Counted from the first letter of the stretch, positions 50,671-60,971 are shown. The stretch is 64,000 nt of DNA from Candidatus Methylomirabilota bacterium (GCA_035550795.1 DASZOL010000017.1:5113-69112); one strand, 5' to 3'. The notes: generated from the letters alone by a model not told the origin. Program-made: numbers and translations.

Positions 50671-52236
50671 TCAGATCGAGAGGGTCTGCAGCCGCCGGCG
50701 GCCCATGTAGATCAGATCGAAGACGAGCCGGGTGAAGAACACCGCCGTGAAGAGACTCGCCACGATGCCGATCATGAGCGAGATCGCGAAGCCCTTCACC
50801 GGCCCCGTGCCGAACTGGTAGAGGATGGCGCCCGACACCACGACGGTGACGTGCGTGTCAATGACGGTCGTGAACGCCCGGCGAAACCCCGCGTCGATGG
50901 CTGCGCGCACCGTCTTCCCCAGCCGGAACTCTTCCCGGATCCGCTCGAAAATGAGAATGTTCGTATCCACGGCCATGCCGATCGTCAGGACGATCCCGGC
51001 GATGCCGGGCAATGTCAGCGTCGCCTGGAACCAGACCATCGCCGCCAGGAGAATCACCAGGTTGAGCACCAGCGCCAGGTCCGCGATCACGCCGGCCAGC
51101 CGGTAGTAGATCACCATGAACAGGAACACCGCGAGCGCCCCCGCGACGGTCGAGATGACGCCCTTGCGGATCGAATCCGCGCCGAGCGACGGGCCGACCG
51201 TGCGCTCCTCCAGGACCTGGACCGGGGCCTGCAGCGCCCCAGTCCGCAGCACGATCGCGAGGTCACTGGCCTCCTCGAAGGTGAAGCCGCCCGAGATCTG
51301 CGCCTGTCCGGACGGAATCCGCTCACGGATCACCGGGGCCGAGTGCACGTTGCCGTCGAGGACGATCGCGAGGCCCTTGCCCACGTTTTTCTCGGTCACC
51401 TCGCCGAAGATGCGCGCCCCGACGCTGTCGAAGGTCACCGACACGTAGGGCTCGCCCACGTCGGAGACGCGAACCGTGGCGTCCGAGATGACGTCCCCGG
51501 TCAGAAGGATGTCCTTCTTCACGACGTAGGGCACCCGGACCTCCGCCTTCGTCGTGCGGTCCACGCGCCGACCGTAGAGGACCTCGTCGCCCGCGGGCGG
51601 CCCCTCCTGGACAGCCCGGGCGGGGTCCACTGCGTCGTCCACCAACTTGAACTCCAGCACGGCGGTCTTGCCGATGAGAGCCTTGGCGCGGGCCGGGTCC
51701 TGGACCCCGGGAAGCTGGACCAGGATGCGGTTCTCGCCCTGCTTCTGGATGGTGGGCTCGGCCACCCCGAACTGATCGACCCGGTTCCGGATGACCTTGA
51801 GCCCCTGATCCACGAACGAGTTCCGGCGCTCCGAGAGCACCCGTTCCTTCAGCACCAGGTCCACGCGGCCGGCGGCCGGGTCCTGTGATTGCGTGTCGAA
51901 CTCGGCGAAATCCGACAGCACGCGCTGCGCCTCTCCGAACGCCTGGGGCGAGGCGAGCTGGACCGTGACCCCGGTGCCCCCCTGCCGGACTACCTGGGCG
52001 CCGATCCCCTTCTTCTGGAGCGCGGTCCGGAGGTCTCCGGCCATCCGCTCCAGCACGTTCGCGATACCCTTCTCGAGGTCCACGCCGAGGACCAGGTGGA
52101 TCCCACCCTGGAGGTCGAGGCCCAGGTTGATCGGCTGTCGGGGCTGGCCTCGCCAGTCCCGGGGAGAGATCAGGATGGCCGATCCCACGATCACGGCCAC
52201 CACCAGGGCGATGCGAAGCGGGAGGTAGCGCGGCAT
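50671..52236 (-). CDS. secD: protein translocase subunit SecD
   Basis: ORF track 521 aa. LGLDLQGG, IVLDG, GMAVDTNILIFERIREE. Confidence 0.9.
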   Translation of the reverse strand: MPRYLPLRIALVVAVIVGSAILISPRDWRGQPRQPINLGLDLQGGIHLVLGVDLEKGIANVLERMAGDLRTALQKKGIGAQVVRQGGTGVTVQLASPQAFGEAQRVLSDFAEFDTQSQDPAAGRVDLVLKERVLSERRNSFVDQGLKVIRNRVDQFGVAEPTIQKQGENRILVQLPGVQDPARAKALIGKTAVLEFKLVDDAVDPARAVQEGPPAGDEVLYGRRVDRTTKAEVRVPYVVKKDILLTGDVISDATVRVSDVGEPYVSVTFDSVGARIFGEVTEKNVGKGLAIVLDGNVHSAPVIRERIPSGQAQISGGFTFEEASDLAIVLRTGALQAPVQVLEERTVGPSLGADSIRKGVISTVAGALAVFLFMVIYYRLAGVIADLALVLNLVILLAAMVWFQATLTLPGIAGIVLTIGMAVDTNILIFERIREEFRLGKTVRAAIDAGFRRAFTTVIDTHVTVVVSGAILYQFGTGPVKGFAISLMIGIVASLFTAVFFTRLVFDLIYMGRRRLQTLSI

Positions 52237-52248
52237 GGTTGCTCCCCG

Positions 52249-52587
52249 TCAGGCCGAGTTCGCGTCGGTCTTGCCGTCGGACTCGAGACCGGTGACCGCG
52301 CTCCGCAGGCACTCGACGCGGACGGAGTCGCCGAGCTTCAAGCTGACCCTCCGGTCCGTGACGCCGACGATCGTACCGATCAGCCCCCCGGACGTCACCA
52401 CCCGGTCGCCCTTCTTGAGGCTCTGCAGCATCTGCTCCCGCCTCCGACGCTCCCGCTGCTGGGGCCGGATCACCAGGAAGAAGAAGATGCCCAGGACCAG
52501 CGCGATCGGCACGAGCTGGACGAGCATGGATGCGGCACCTCCGCCCGACTGCGGCGGCGCCCCCATGGCGTAGGCGAGGTCGATCAC
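52249..52587 (-). CDS. yajC: preprotein translocase subunit YajC
   Basis: C-terminal part of track ORF 52249..53799. FFFLVIRPQQRER...KGDRVVTSGGLIGTIV is canonical YajC. GTG at 52587 overlaps the tgt TGA (GTGA); the alternative ATG at 52566 gives 105 aa. Confidence 0.8.
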   Translation of the reverse strand: MIDLAYAMGAPPQSGGGAASMLVQLVPIALVLGIFFFLVIRPQQRERRRREQMLQSLKKGDRVVTSGGLIGTIVGVTDRRVSLKLGDSVRVECLRSAVTGLESDGKTDANSA

Positions 52588-53774
52588 GATGCCTCCTCTT
52601 GCCCGGGTGGCTCGCCCCCCGGTGCAGTCACCGGCTCGGCGTCGTCCGAGCCGTAGGCCTCGAGCACGGCCCGTCGAAGCGTGGCGAAGGTGCCGGCTCC
52701 GATGGCGGCGCGCAGCTCGGCCATCAGACGGAGATAGTAAGTCAGGTTGTGGAGCGTGAGGAGCCGGTACACGGTGAGCTCCCGCGCCAGGAAGAGGTGC
52801 CGCAGGTACGCGCGGGAGAAATGCCGGCAGGTGTAGCAGGGACAGGAGGGATCCAGCGGCCCGGCGGCCCGCGAGTGCGCCGCATGGCGGATGACGAGCA
52901 ATCCCTCGCTCGTGAAGACCTGGCCCGTCCGGGCGTGCCGCGTCGGCAGCACGCAGTCGAACATGTCCACGCCGACCGCCACCGCGTCGACCAGGTCGCC
53001 CGGGCGACCCACCCCCATCAGATACCGCGGACGATCGGCCGGCAGGGCGGTCGCCGTGCGCGCGACCAGCTCCCGCATGAGTCCCCGGGGCTCGCCGACC
53101 GCGAACCCGCCCAGCGCGTGACCGTCGAACCCGAGCTCGCAGGTGTCCGCCACCGCCGCCTGCCGGAGGTCGGCGTACATCCCGCCCTGAACGATGCCGA
53201 AGCAGGCCTGGCCCGGCCGCCGACCGGTCACGTGCGCCGCGTGCGCTCGCCGGGCCCAACGGACCGTCCGCCGGAGAGACGTCTCGGCCGCATCGCGCGC
53301 GGCGGGGTGCGGCAGGCACTCGTCGAGGGGGAGGAGGATGTCCACGCCCAGGGCCTGCTGCACCTCGACGACGAGCTCGGGCGTAAGCAGATGCTCGGTG
53401 CCGCCGTCGAGGTGAGAGCGGAAGCGTACTCCCTCCTCGCGAATGGTGCGCAGGGCAGCCAGGCTCCACACCTGGAACCCACCCGAGTCCGTGAGGATGG
53501 GGCCGTCCCACGCCATGAAGCGGTGCAGGCCGCCCATCTCCCTGATCAGCGCGTGGCCCGGACGCAGGAAGAGGTGGTAGGTGTTGGCGAGCACGATCTC
53601 GGTGCCGATCTCGCGGAGGTCGGCCGGGGTCAGGCTCTTCACCGCGCCCAGGGTCCCGACCGGCATGAAGGCGGGCGTATCGACCGTGCCGTGCAGCGTC
53701 TGGAGCCGCCCCCGGCGCGCATCGCCGTCCCGCGCGAGCAGCTCGAACGACGGGATCACTTGCCGGCCCGGCAT
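52584..53774 (-). CDS. tgt: queuine tRNA-ribosyltransferase
   Basis: ORF track 396 aa. TPAFMPVGT, LTDSGGFQ, GFAVGE, Zn site CxCxxC (CPCYTC). Confidence 0.9.
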   Translation of the reverse strand: MPGRQVIPSFELLARDGDARRGRLQTLHGTVDTPAFMPVGTLGAVKSLTPADLREIGTEIVLANTYHLFLRPGHALIREMGGLHRFMAWDGPILTDSGGFQVWSLAALRTIREEGVRFRSHLDGGTEHLLTPELVVEVQQALGVDILLPLDECLPHPAARDAAETSLRRTVRWARRAHAAHVTGRRPGQACFGIVQGGMYADLRQAAVADTCELGFDGHALGGFAVGEPRGLMRELVARTATALPADRPRYLMGVGRPGDLVDAVAVGVDMFDCVLPTRHARTGQVFTSEGLLVIRHAAHSRAAGPLDPSCPCYTCRHFSRAYLRHLFLARELTVYRLLTLHNLTYYLRLMAELRAAIGAGTFATLRRAVLEAYGSDDAEPVTAPGGEPPGQEEAS

Positions 53775-53856
53775 TCCGCCCGTCCAGGAGCCAGCCCATC
53801 GCGGCGGAGAGGCCGCCTCGTGCCGGCTCGCCCGCCTGGCGCGCGCCGTCTGGCGG

Positions 53857-54939
53857 TCACGCGCCGACCCCGTCCTGAATCAGCATCGCGTCGCCGTAGC
53901 TGTAGAAGCGGTAGCCGGCCGCGACGGCGTGCGCGTAGGCATCGAGCACCCGCTCGCGCCCGGCGAAGGCCGACACGAGGAGCAGCAGCGATGAGCGCGG
54001 CAGGTGGAAGTTCGTGAGGAGCGCATCGACCCCGCGGAAGCCGTGGCCCGGGAGGATGGTGAGATCCGTCCAGCCGGCGCCCGGCGCGAGGCTGCCATCC
54101 GCACGGGCGACGGTCTCGAGCGCCCGGGCGGTCGTCGTTCCCACCGCCACGACCCGGCGCCCCTCGCGGCGGGCACGCGTGAGCGCGGCGGCCGTCGCTT
54201 CCGAGACCTCGAAGCGCTCGGCTTCCATGCGGTGCTCGGCGACCTGCCGCGCGCGCACCGGCCGGAAGGTGCCCGGACCGACGTGGAGGGTCACCCGATG
54301 GAGCTCGATCCCCCGGCCGGTCAGCTCGGCCAGCAACTCCATCGTGAAGTGCAGACCGGCCGTCGGCGCGGCGACGGCCCCGGGCCGGGACGCATAGACC
54401 GTCTGGTAGCGCGTCCAGTCCTCGCCGCCGGGCTTGCGGTATCGGCGGATGTACGGCGGCAGCGGTGGAAGTCCGTGCGCATCGAGAAGGGCCTCGACGG
54501 GCTCCGGTCCGTCGAAGCGGACGCGCGCCCGGCCGAGCTCCTCCCGCGCGGTCACGGTGGCTCGCACCGCCCCGTCGGCCAGGACGATCGTGGTCCCGAC
54601 GGCACAGCGACGGGCGGGGCGCAGCAGGGCGGCCCAATCCTCGCCGGTTGGGCCAGTGGCGTGGAGCAGGAGGACCTCGACGCCACGCTCGGTCCCGGCG
54701 ATTCGCCCGAGGAGCCGGGCGGGCAGGACCCGCGTGTCGTTCACGACGAGGCAGTCTCCCGGCCGGAGGTGGGCGCCGAGCGCGTGGAGCCGTGAGTCCC
54801 GGAACGCGCCGGAGCGCCGGTCGAGGACGAGGAGCCGCGCCGCGTCGCGGGGGTCCGCCGGCTCCTGCGCGATCCGGTCGGGCGGCAGGGCGTAGTGGAA
54901 CGGATCGAGACCGCTCGCGCCCCCGGCCTCGCTAGCCAA
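53857..54939 (-). CDS. queA: S-adenosylmethionine:tRNA ribosyltransferase-isomerase
   Basis: ORF track 360 aa. FHYALPPDRIAQEP, VVNDTRVLPARL, AAPTAGLHF, GTTTARALE, FYSYGDAM. Confidence 0.9.
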   Translation of the reverse strand: MASEAGGASGLDPFHYALPPDRIAQEPADPRDAARLLVLDRRSGAFRDSRLHALGAHLRPGDCLVVNDTRVLPARLLGRIAGTERGVEVLLLHATGPTGEDWAALLRPARRCAVGTTIVLADGAVRATVTAREELGRARVRFDGPEPVEALLDAHGLPPLPPYIRRYRKPGGEDWTRYQTVYASRPGAVAAPTAGLHFTMELLAELTGRGIELHRVTLHVGPGTFRPVRARQVAEHRMEAERFEVSEATAAALTRARREGRRVVAVGTTTARALETVARADGSLAPGAGWTDLTILPGHGFRGVDALLTNFHLPRSSLLLLVSAFAGRERVLDAYAHAVAAGYRFYSYGDAMLIQDGVGA

Positions 54940-55267
54940 TCCGGCTCCCCAGCACGACGTCCTGGTCTGGCCGAAGGAGGACGACCGTGTGACCGTCGAC
55001 GTAAGCGCCGAGCACCAGGACCTCGGAGACGAAGGGCCCGATCCGCTTCGGCGCGAAGTTGACCACGCACACGACCTGCCGTCCCGGCAGGTCTTCGGAA
55101 CGGTAGCGGTCCGTGATCTGCGCGCTTGACCGACGCTCGCCGAGCGGGCCCAGGTCGATCCAGAGCTTGTACGCCGGCTTCCGGGCCTCCGGGAAGGGCT
55201 CGGCCCGCACGATGGTGCCGACGCGCATGTCCACCCGCTCGAAGTCGCTCCAGCTGATGTCGCTCAT
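54932..55267 (-). CDS. csaA: tRNA-binding (CsaA/Trbp111-like, OB-fold) protein
   Basis: Within ORF 54932..55414; ATG at 55267 (MSDISWSDFERVDMRVGTIVRAE), 111 aa, a typical CsaA N-terminus. Confidence 0.8.
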   Translation of the reverse strand: MSDISWSDFERVDMRVGTIVRAEPFPEARKPAYKLWIDLGPLGERRSSAQITDRYRSEDLPGRQVVCVVNFAPKRIGPFVSEVLVLGAYVDGHTVVLLRPDQDVVLGSRIG

Positions 55268-55301
55268 GGAATCCCGGGCTCGTGGGCGCTCCCCGGCTCC
55301 C

Positions 55302-56474
55302 CTACCGGAGGGTAGCCAGGATGGCGCCCGGATAGTAGTGCTCGAGGATCTGAGGATACGCGTACCCGCGGTCGGCCATGCCCTTGGCGCCGAACTGGGA
55401 CAGGCCCACGCCATGCCCCCAGCCGCGCCCTTCGAACCGCACCACGCCGTCCTGGGCGACCGGGACGAAGAGCGTGCTCTTCAGCGCATCGTACCCGATC
55501 AGCCGCCGGAAATCGGCCCCCCGGAGCGTCGCCGTCCCGCGGGAGTGCTCGACGGCCAGTCGGGCGACGCGGAAGGACGGGCTGCGCTCGAGCACCCTGA
55601 GGCGGGCCACCTGGCCGACCTCGAGCCCGCCCCGGCGGAGCCGCTCGCCGATCAGCGCGAGCGGGAGGGTCACGGTCCACGTGTAGTTCGGCGATTCCAT
55701 CGAGAACTCGTCGCGGACCCCCACGATCGGCGGGACGCCGTCCCCCGAGAAGACGCTCTGAGCCGCCTCGGTGAAGCCCCCGGAGTCCGAGTGGTAGAAG
55801 GTCGGGAACACCCGGCCCTCCCAGGTCAGCACTTGCCCGGTCGTCGTCCGGGCGGCCTCGCGCGCCGGCGAGCCTTCGACCGCCCAGCCGGCGAAGTTCT
55901 GATCCTGGTTGCCCGCCACGACGTGGTACGCCTTCCCCGCGGCGCGGCCTTGCTGGAACACGCCGTAGGTGCGGGCCACGACCGCCAGCGCTCGGAGGGC
56001 CTCCGTCGGCCAGCGCTCGGAGGCCTCGCCGCGGACGGTCCCGGCGACGTAGTCCTCCATGGGCAGCTCGTTCACCAGGAGGAGGCCGTCCCCCTGGCGC
56101 CATATCTCGAGCGCCCCGATGTAGTCTCGGGTGCCCACGCGGAGGGGACCGCGCCGCACCTGGATGCGAACGCCGCGGAGGTCGAGGCGCCGGCCCCCGA
56201 CCACGTCCAGCCCCGGGCCCGACGGCACCACGCGCAGGATGCGTGGCCCCGGCAGGCCGAAGAGCGCCCGGCCGGTCGCCGGGTCGAGGACCGTGATGGC
56301 GTCGGCCGCACCGATCTCGACGTGGCGCACGCCGTCCGCCAGCGCGATCCGGACCGGTTCCAGCGCTCGCGCCGGGCCCGCCGGCCCGACCGCGCACGCG
56401 AGCCCCACGGCGGCGGCCCCGATCACCCGCCCGGCGGAAGGGCGGTGAGCCCTGCCCGTCACGCGCCCCGTCAT
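55302..56474 (-). CDS. SpoIID/LytB-domain protein (peptidoglycan remodelling)
   Basis: ORF track 390 aa. Signal peptide; EALRALAVVARTY, FHSDSGGFTE-like YHSDSGGFTE, GHGVGLSQFGA. Confidence 0.8.
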   Translation of the reverse strand: MTGRVTGRAHRPSAGRVIGAAAVGLACAVGPAGPARALEPVRIALADGVRHVEIGAADAITVLDPATGRALFGLPGPRILRVVPSGPGLDVVGGRRLDLRGVRIQVRRGPLRVGTRDYIGALEIWRQGDGLLLVNELPMEDYVAGTVRGEASERWPTEALRALAVVARTYGVFQQGRAAGKAYHVVAGNQDQNFAGWAVEGSPAREAARTTTGQVLTWEGRVFPTFYHSDSGGFTEAAQSVFSGDGVPPIVGVRDEFSMESPNYTWTVTLPLALIGERLRRGGLEVGQVARLRVLERSPSFRVARLAVEHSRGTATLRGADFRRLIGYDALKSTLFVPVAQDGVVRFEGRGWGHGVGLSQFGAKGMADRGYAYPQILEHYYPGAILATLR

Positions 56475-56698
56475 CGGCGTGAGAGCAGCGCCAGGATCAG
56501 CGTGAGCACGATGCTCAGGACGATCGAGGTGGTCAGCGGGAAGTAGAAGGACCAGTTACCGCGCTGGACGTGGATGTCGCCCGGCAACCTCCCGAGGAAC
56601 GGGACCTTTCCTCCGAGCGCGCTGCCCAGCCACAGCAGGCCGCCGACGACGACCAGCACGACCCCGAGCAGCACCAGCATCCGGCCCATGTCGGCCAT
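56471..56698 (-). CDS. DUF2905-family small membrane protein
   Basis: C-terminal 75 aa of track ORF 56471..57577. MADMGRMLVLLGVVLVVVGGLLWLG...LPGDIHVQRGNWSFYFPLTTSIVLSIVLT. The stop overlaps the spoIID-like start (ATGA). Confidence 0.7.
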   Translation of the reverse strand: MADMGRMLVLLGVVLVVVGGLLWLGSALGGKVPFLGRLPGDIHVQRGNWSFYFPLTTSIVLSIVLTLILALLSRR

Positions 56699-56706
56699 CG
56701 CCCCGG

Positions 56707-57729
56707 CTACCCGAGCGAGAGCTGAAGCGGCCCTTCGCCTTCGCGATGGCCGAGATGGCGGTAGGCGGCAGGGGTGGCGCGACGACCGCTCGGGGTCCGG
56801 ATCACCAGCCCGATCTTCAGGAGATAGGGCTCGACCAGCTCCGCCAGCGTCTCCGCGTCGTCGTTGATCGTCGCCGCGATCGCCTCCAGCCCGACCGGGC
56901 CGCCGCCGTAGTGCTCGACGATGGCCTGGAGAAACCGCCGGTCCAGCCGGTCCAGCCCGCGCGCGTCCACTCCTTCCATCGTGAGCGAGGCGTCGGCGAC
57001 GTCGAGGCTGATGCGGCCGTCGCCCTTGACCTGGGCGAAGTCCCGCACGCGTCGCAAGAGGCGATTGGCGATGCGCGGCGTGCCGCGGGCGCGCCGCGCG
57101 ATCTCGGCGGCCCCCTCCGCATGGATGGGCACGCCGAGGATGCCCGCGGAACGGACGACGATCCGGGCCAGCTCGTCGTCGGCGTAGAAGTCGAGGTGGT
57201 GGAAGATCCCGAACCGCTCGCGCAGCGGAGCGCTCAGCATGCCGGGCCGCGTCGTGGCGCCGACCAGCGTGAAGGGCTTGAGCGGAATCCGCATGGTCCG
57301 CGCGTGCATCCCGCGCTCGATCACGAAGTTGACCTCGAAATCCTCCATGGCCGGGTACAGCAGCTCCTCGACCACGTGCGGGAGCCGGTGGATCTCGTCC
57401 ACGAAGAGCACGTCGCGCGGCTCGAGGCTCGTGATGACCCCCATCAGATCGTCGCCGCGCTCGAGCGCCGGCCCCGATGTGCTCTTCAGCCCGCTGCCCA
57501 TCTCGTTGGCGAGGATGATGGAGAGCGTCGTTTTCCCGAGGCCCGGCGGCCCGTAGAGGAGCACGTGGTCCAGGCACTCCCCGCGCTGGCGTGCCGCCTC
57601 GACCGAGACGCGCAGGCTCTCGACCGCCTCGCGCTGGCCGATGTACTCGTCCAGGCGCTGCGGGCGCAGCGCGCGCTCGAACGGGGCCTCGTCGGCCAGG
57701 GGCATCCCGCTCAGCAGGTTCTCGCTCAT
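56707..57729 (-). CDS. ruvB: Holliday junction branch-migration helicase RuvB
   Basis: Track ORF 56707..57750; start probably MSENLL (57729). LRPQRLDEYIGQ, GPPGLGKTT, DEIHRL, GATTR. Confidence 0.9.
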   Translation of the reverse strand: MSENLLSGMPLADEAPFERALRPQRLDEYIGQREAVESLRVSVEAARQRGECLDHVLLYGPPGLGKTTLSIILANEMGSGLKSTSGPALERGDDLMGVITSLEPRDVLFVDEIHRLPHVVEELLYPAMEDFEVNFVIERGMHARTMRIPLKPFTLVGATTRPGMLSAPLRERFGIFHHLDFYADDELARIVVRSAGILGVPIHAEGAAEIARRARGTPRIANRLLRRVRDFAQVKGDGRISLDVADASLTMEGVDARGLDRLDRRFLQAIVEHYGGGPVGLEAIAATINDDAETLAELVEPYLLKIGLVIRTPSGRRATPAAYRHLGHREGEGPLQLSLG

Positions 57730-57784
57730 GCGGACCCGTCCCGGCCGCACGCGTGCGACCGAATCCGCGACGCTCCGCCCCCCG

Positions 57785-58429
57785 TCATGGCGTCCCCCGG
57801 CGAGCGCGGTAGATCTCCTCGAACAGCGCCTCCGGCGCGTCGATGTCCGGCCGCCGCGCCAGGGCCTCGCGAATCGCCTGGTCGGCCTCGGCGGGCCTGA
57901 GCCCCATCTGCCGGACCAGGATGTCGCGGACCAGCACGCGCACCTCGCCGGTCTCCTCGCGCGGCGGCGGCTCCGGGGTCTCCTCGCGCGGAAGCAGCGC
58001 GTACTTGGCCACCTTGCCTTCCAGCTGCGCCACGATGTTCCGACACTTCTGGGGTCCGATCCCGGGCAGCCGTCGCAGAAACCGCTCGTCCTTGCGGACG
58101 ATCGCCTCCGCGATGTCCGCGATCGACGCCACCAGCGCCCGCGCGGCGACCAGGGGTCCGACGTCCTTGACGGTGATGAGGCGCTCGAAGAACTCCCGCT
58201 CCACGTCTCGGGCGAACCCGATGAGGACGGGGCGGGGCTGGTCCCGGGTAGCGTGATAGTAGATCACCAGCTCCAGCTCGGTCGCCTCCGCGCCGTCGCC
58301 TGCGACCATGCCATCGAGCCCCCGGGCGACGACGGGCGGGAGCACGACCTCGTAGCCCACGCCGCCCGACTCCACGATCACGCGGTCGTCCAGGCGCCGG
58401 CGCAGCCGGCCGCGGAGCGACGCGATCAT
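57785..58429 (-). CDS. ruvA: Holliday junction DNA-binding protein RuvA
   Basis: C-terminal 214 aa of track ORF 57785..59080. MIASLRGRL...GGVGYEV...LPGIGPQK (HhH). The ATG overlaps the ruvC stop (ATGA). Confidence 0.9.
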   Translation of the reverse strand: MIASLRGRLRRRLDDRVIVESGGVGYEVVLPPVVARGLDGMVAGDGAEATELELVIYYHATRDQPRPVLIGFARDVEREFFERLITVKDVGPLVAARALVASIADIAEAIVRKDERFLRRLPGIGPQKCRNIVAQLEGKVAKYALLPREETPEPPPREETGEVRVLVRDILVRQMGLRPAEADQAIREALARRPDIDAPEALFEEIYRARRGTP

Positions 58430-58956
58430 CGGCCGCCGAGCGCCCGGGCTCGCGACAGCCCGGTGTACGCGAGCGCGAGCGCGTCGGCGACGTGGCTCGG
58501 CCGCGGCGGGGCCGACAGCGCCAGGAGCGCCTGCATGGCCCGCGCCACCTGCTCCTTCGGCGCCGCCCCCGAGGCCGTCACCGCGCGCTTGACCTCCGCC
58601 GGCGCAACCGAGACGAGGGCGATCCGTTGCCGCCGACCGGCCAGGCAGACCGCGGCACGGGCGTGTCCCATCAGGATCGCGGTGCGCGGAATCGCTGGCG
58701 CGCTGAAGATATCCTCGATGATCAGGACATCGGGTGCGAAGCGCGCGATCACGTCCCGCGCCCCCTCGAACAGCGCCTCGAGCCGCACCTCGAGCGGGTC
58801 CCGCGCGCTGGTCCGGATGACCCCGGTCCCGAGAACGCTCGGCACGCGGCGCCCCCCCTCGAGCGCCGCGTAGCCGGTGTCGGCCAGCCCCGGGTCGAAT
58901 CCGACCGCGCGGGGGCCGGAGCGCGCAGGAATGGTTACCTCGTCCGTCCCCCTCAA
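58426..58956 (-). CDS. ruvC: crossover junction endodeoxyribonuclease RuvC
   Basis: ORF track 176 aa. GFDPGLADTGYAAL, IIEDIF, VADALALA. The start overlaps the yebC stop. Confidence 0.9.
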   Translation of the reverse strand: MRGTDEVTIPARSGPRAVGFDPGLADTGYAALEGGRRVPSVLGTGVIRTSARDPLEVRLEALFEGARDVIARFAPDVLIIEDIFSAPAIPRTAILMGHARAAVCLAGRRQRIALVSVAPAEVKRAVTASGAAPKEQVARAMQALLALSAPPRPSHVADALALAYTGLSRARALGGR

Positions 58957-59702
58957 GCCGCTCCCTGCGCCTCCAGCACCTCGTCAGGGATGTCGAAGTT
59001 CGCGTACACGTGCTGGACATCGTCCAGCTCCTCGAGCCCCTCCACGAGCCGGAGCACCTGCTGGGCCTCCTTGCCGTCAAGACGGACCATCGACTGCGGG
59101 ATGTAGGTCACCTCCGCGGACTGGATCGGTACCCCACGTCCCTCCAGGGCCCGCCGGACCCCCTCGAAATCCTGTGGGCCCGTGGTGACCTCGAAGAGCG
59201 AGTCCGTTCGCCGGAGATCGGCCGCTCCGGCGTCAAGGGCGAGCGACAGGAGCTCGTCCTCGTCCACGCGGGCCGTCTCGATCTGGATGATGCCCTTGCG
59301 CTCGAACATCCAGCCGACCGAGCCGACCTCGCCGAGGTTGCCGCTGAACTTCGAGAAAGTGTGCCGGATCTCCGGCGCCGTGCGGTTCTTGTTGTCTGTC
59401 AGGACCTTGACCATGACGGCGACCCCGCCGGGTCCGTAGCCCTCGTAGGTGATCTCCTCGTAGGTCTCCCCCGGAAGCTCGCCCGTTCCCTTCTGGATGG
59501 CTCGCTTGAGGGTATCGGCGGGCATGTTGACCGCCTTCGCCTCCTCGATCGCCGTCTTGAGCCGATTGTTCAGCTTCGGGTCGCCCCCGGTCCGGGCCGC
59601 GGTCGTGATCTCTCGGACGAGCTTCGAGAAGACCTTCCCTCGAGCCTGGTCCGTCTTGGCCTTCTTGCGCTTGATCTGGGACCACTTTGAATGACCGGAC
59701 AT
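58953..59702 (-). CDS. yebC: YebC/PmpR-family DNA-binding transcriptional regulator
   Basis: ORF track 249 aa. MSGHSKWSQIKRKKA...YEGYGPGGVA, canonical. Confidence 0.9.
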   Translation of the reverse strand: MSGHSKWSQIKRKKAKTDQARGKVFSKLVREITTAARTGGDPKLNNRLKTAIEEAKAVNMPADTLKRAIQKGTGELPGETYEEITYEGYGPGGVAVMVKVLTDNKNRTAPEIRHTFSKFSGNLGEVGSVGWMFERKGIIQIETARVDEDELLSLALDAGAADLRRTDSLFEVTTGPQDFEGVRRALEGRGVPIQSAEVTYIPQSMVRLDGKEAQQVLRLVEGLEELDDVQHVYANFDIPDEVLEAQGAA

Positions 59703-59785
59703 CGCCCCTCACCCCTCCCCGTTCCCCCGGGGCCGCAGGGCCCCCCGGCACGACGCGCCCGCCCTCCTTCGGCTCGCTTCTCCAC

Positions 59786-60766
59786 TTACCACGCGGGCTC
59801 GCTCTCCAGGCTCTCCTTGAGCGCCTGGACGCGCGTCACGCGCGCCGCCTGACGCTTGTCCGCGGCGGCCCGCTCCCGTTGCTCGACTGCGGTCGACACC
59901 GCCAGCGGCGTCAGCGGACCGCCGGACCCGCGCAGCTTGACGAACGTCAGGTACGCCGTACAGGTGTGCCGGACGTCGTCCACAAACGGCGCCTCCGCCA
60001 GCACCTGGATCTCCACCTCCATCGACCGGGTCCCCACCCGCGTCAGCGCGCCCCGGAGCGTGAGCATCTCGCCCACGCGGATCGGCGCGTAGAACTCCAG
60101 CGCGTCCATCGACGCCGTCGCGAGCGGCGCCCGCGCATAGCGGACGGCCAGGATCCCCGCCGCCTCGTCCACCGTGAGGAGCAGGCGACCGGCGAACATC
60201 AAGGTCCCGTGCAGCGCGTCCTCCGGAAAGACGAACCGGCGCTGCTCGAATCGCCAGCGAAAGCCCTCCGTCTCGTCCGCCACGTCGCGCGCCCGCTCGA
60301 TCCGGGAGGCCAGCCGGGCGCGGCGCGCCTCCCGGCGGGCCTGCGCAGCCTGGACGACCCCCTCCTCCCCGGGGTCGGCGGGGGCGACGCGCGCCCCGAC
60401 CGCTCGCGGGTGCGCCATCTCGTCGATGGCGACGAATGCCATGTGCGACGAGAGGGTCACGTGACGCTCCCCGCTCGCCGCGTTCTCCGCATAGACGCGG
60501 ACCCCCACCTCGAGGGACGTGCGCCCCACGTACTCCACCCGCGCCCGGAGAATGGCGATCTCCCCGACCCGCACGGGGTGGAGAAAGTCGATCTCGTCCA
60601 TCGCGCCGACCGCCACCGGGCCCCGCGCCACGCGGGACGCGGCCAGGGTGCCCGCGGTGGCGATCCACTCCATCATCCGCCCACCGTAGATCTGGCCCGG
60701 TGCGCCCGCATACTGGGGGAAGACGTACTGGACCATCTCGGCGACGGTCTCACGGACCGTGGGCAC
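59786..60766 (-). CDS. acyl-CoA thioesterase with tandem hotdog domains
   Basis: Within ORF 59786..60880; GTG at 60766 preceded by GGAAGGAG at 6 nt. Two hotdog repeats (GGRMMEWIATAG...MDEIDFLHPVRVGE ; GRLLLTVDEAAG...MDALEFYAPIRVGE). Confidence 0.8.
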   Translation of the reverse strand: MPTVRETVAEMVQYVFPQYAGAPGQIYGGRMMEWIATAGTLAASRVARGPVAVGAMDEIDFLHPVRVGEIAILRARVEYVGRTSLEVGVRVYAENAASGERHVTLSSHMAFVAIDEMAHPRAVGARVAPADPGEEGVVQAAQARREARRARLASRIERARDVADETEGFRWRFEQRRFVFPEDALHGTLMFAGRLLLTVDEAAGILAVRYARAPLATASMDALEFYAPIRVGEMLTLRGALTRVGTRSMEVEIQVLAEAPFVDDVRHTCTAYLTFVKLRGSGGPLTPLAVSTAVEQRERAAADKRQAARVTRVQALKESLESEPAW

Positions 60767-60811
60767 CGTCGACTCCTTCCCTCTCTGGCCCGTGTCGCGG
60801 GAGGCCGACTC

Positions 60812-60840
60812 ATTGTAGCCGGGGCTCCACGCCCCGGCAA
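60812..60840 (-). promoter_or_regulatory. candidate sigma70-type promoter of the thioesterase gene
   Basis: Minus strand reads TTGCCG (60840-60835), 17 nt, TACAAT (60817-60812). The spacer is itself a 7-bp-stem hairpin (gccgggg/ccccggc) that could terminate the upstream SBP gene. Confidence 0.45.
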
Positions 60841-60971
60841 ACCCTGGGCCGCTCACGAAGGAAGGTTCCGGCGAGGGCACCGACTCTCACCCGGTACGGC
60901 GTCCGGACTCGCCGACGCGCCCGCGACACCGCGGCGCGGGCAACGGCGGGGCAGCCCGATGGCCGGCGGCG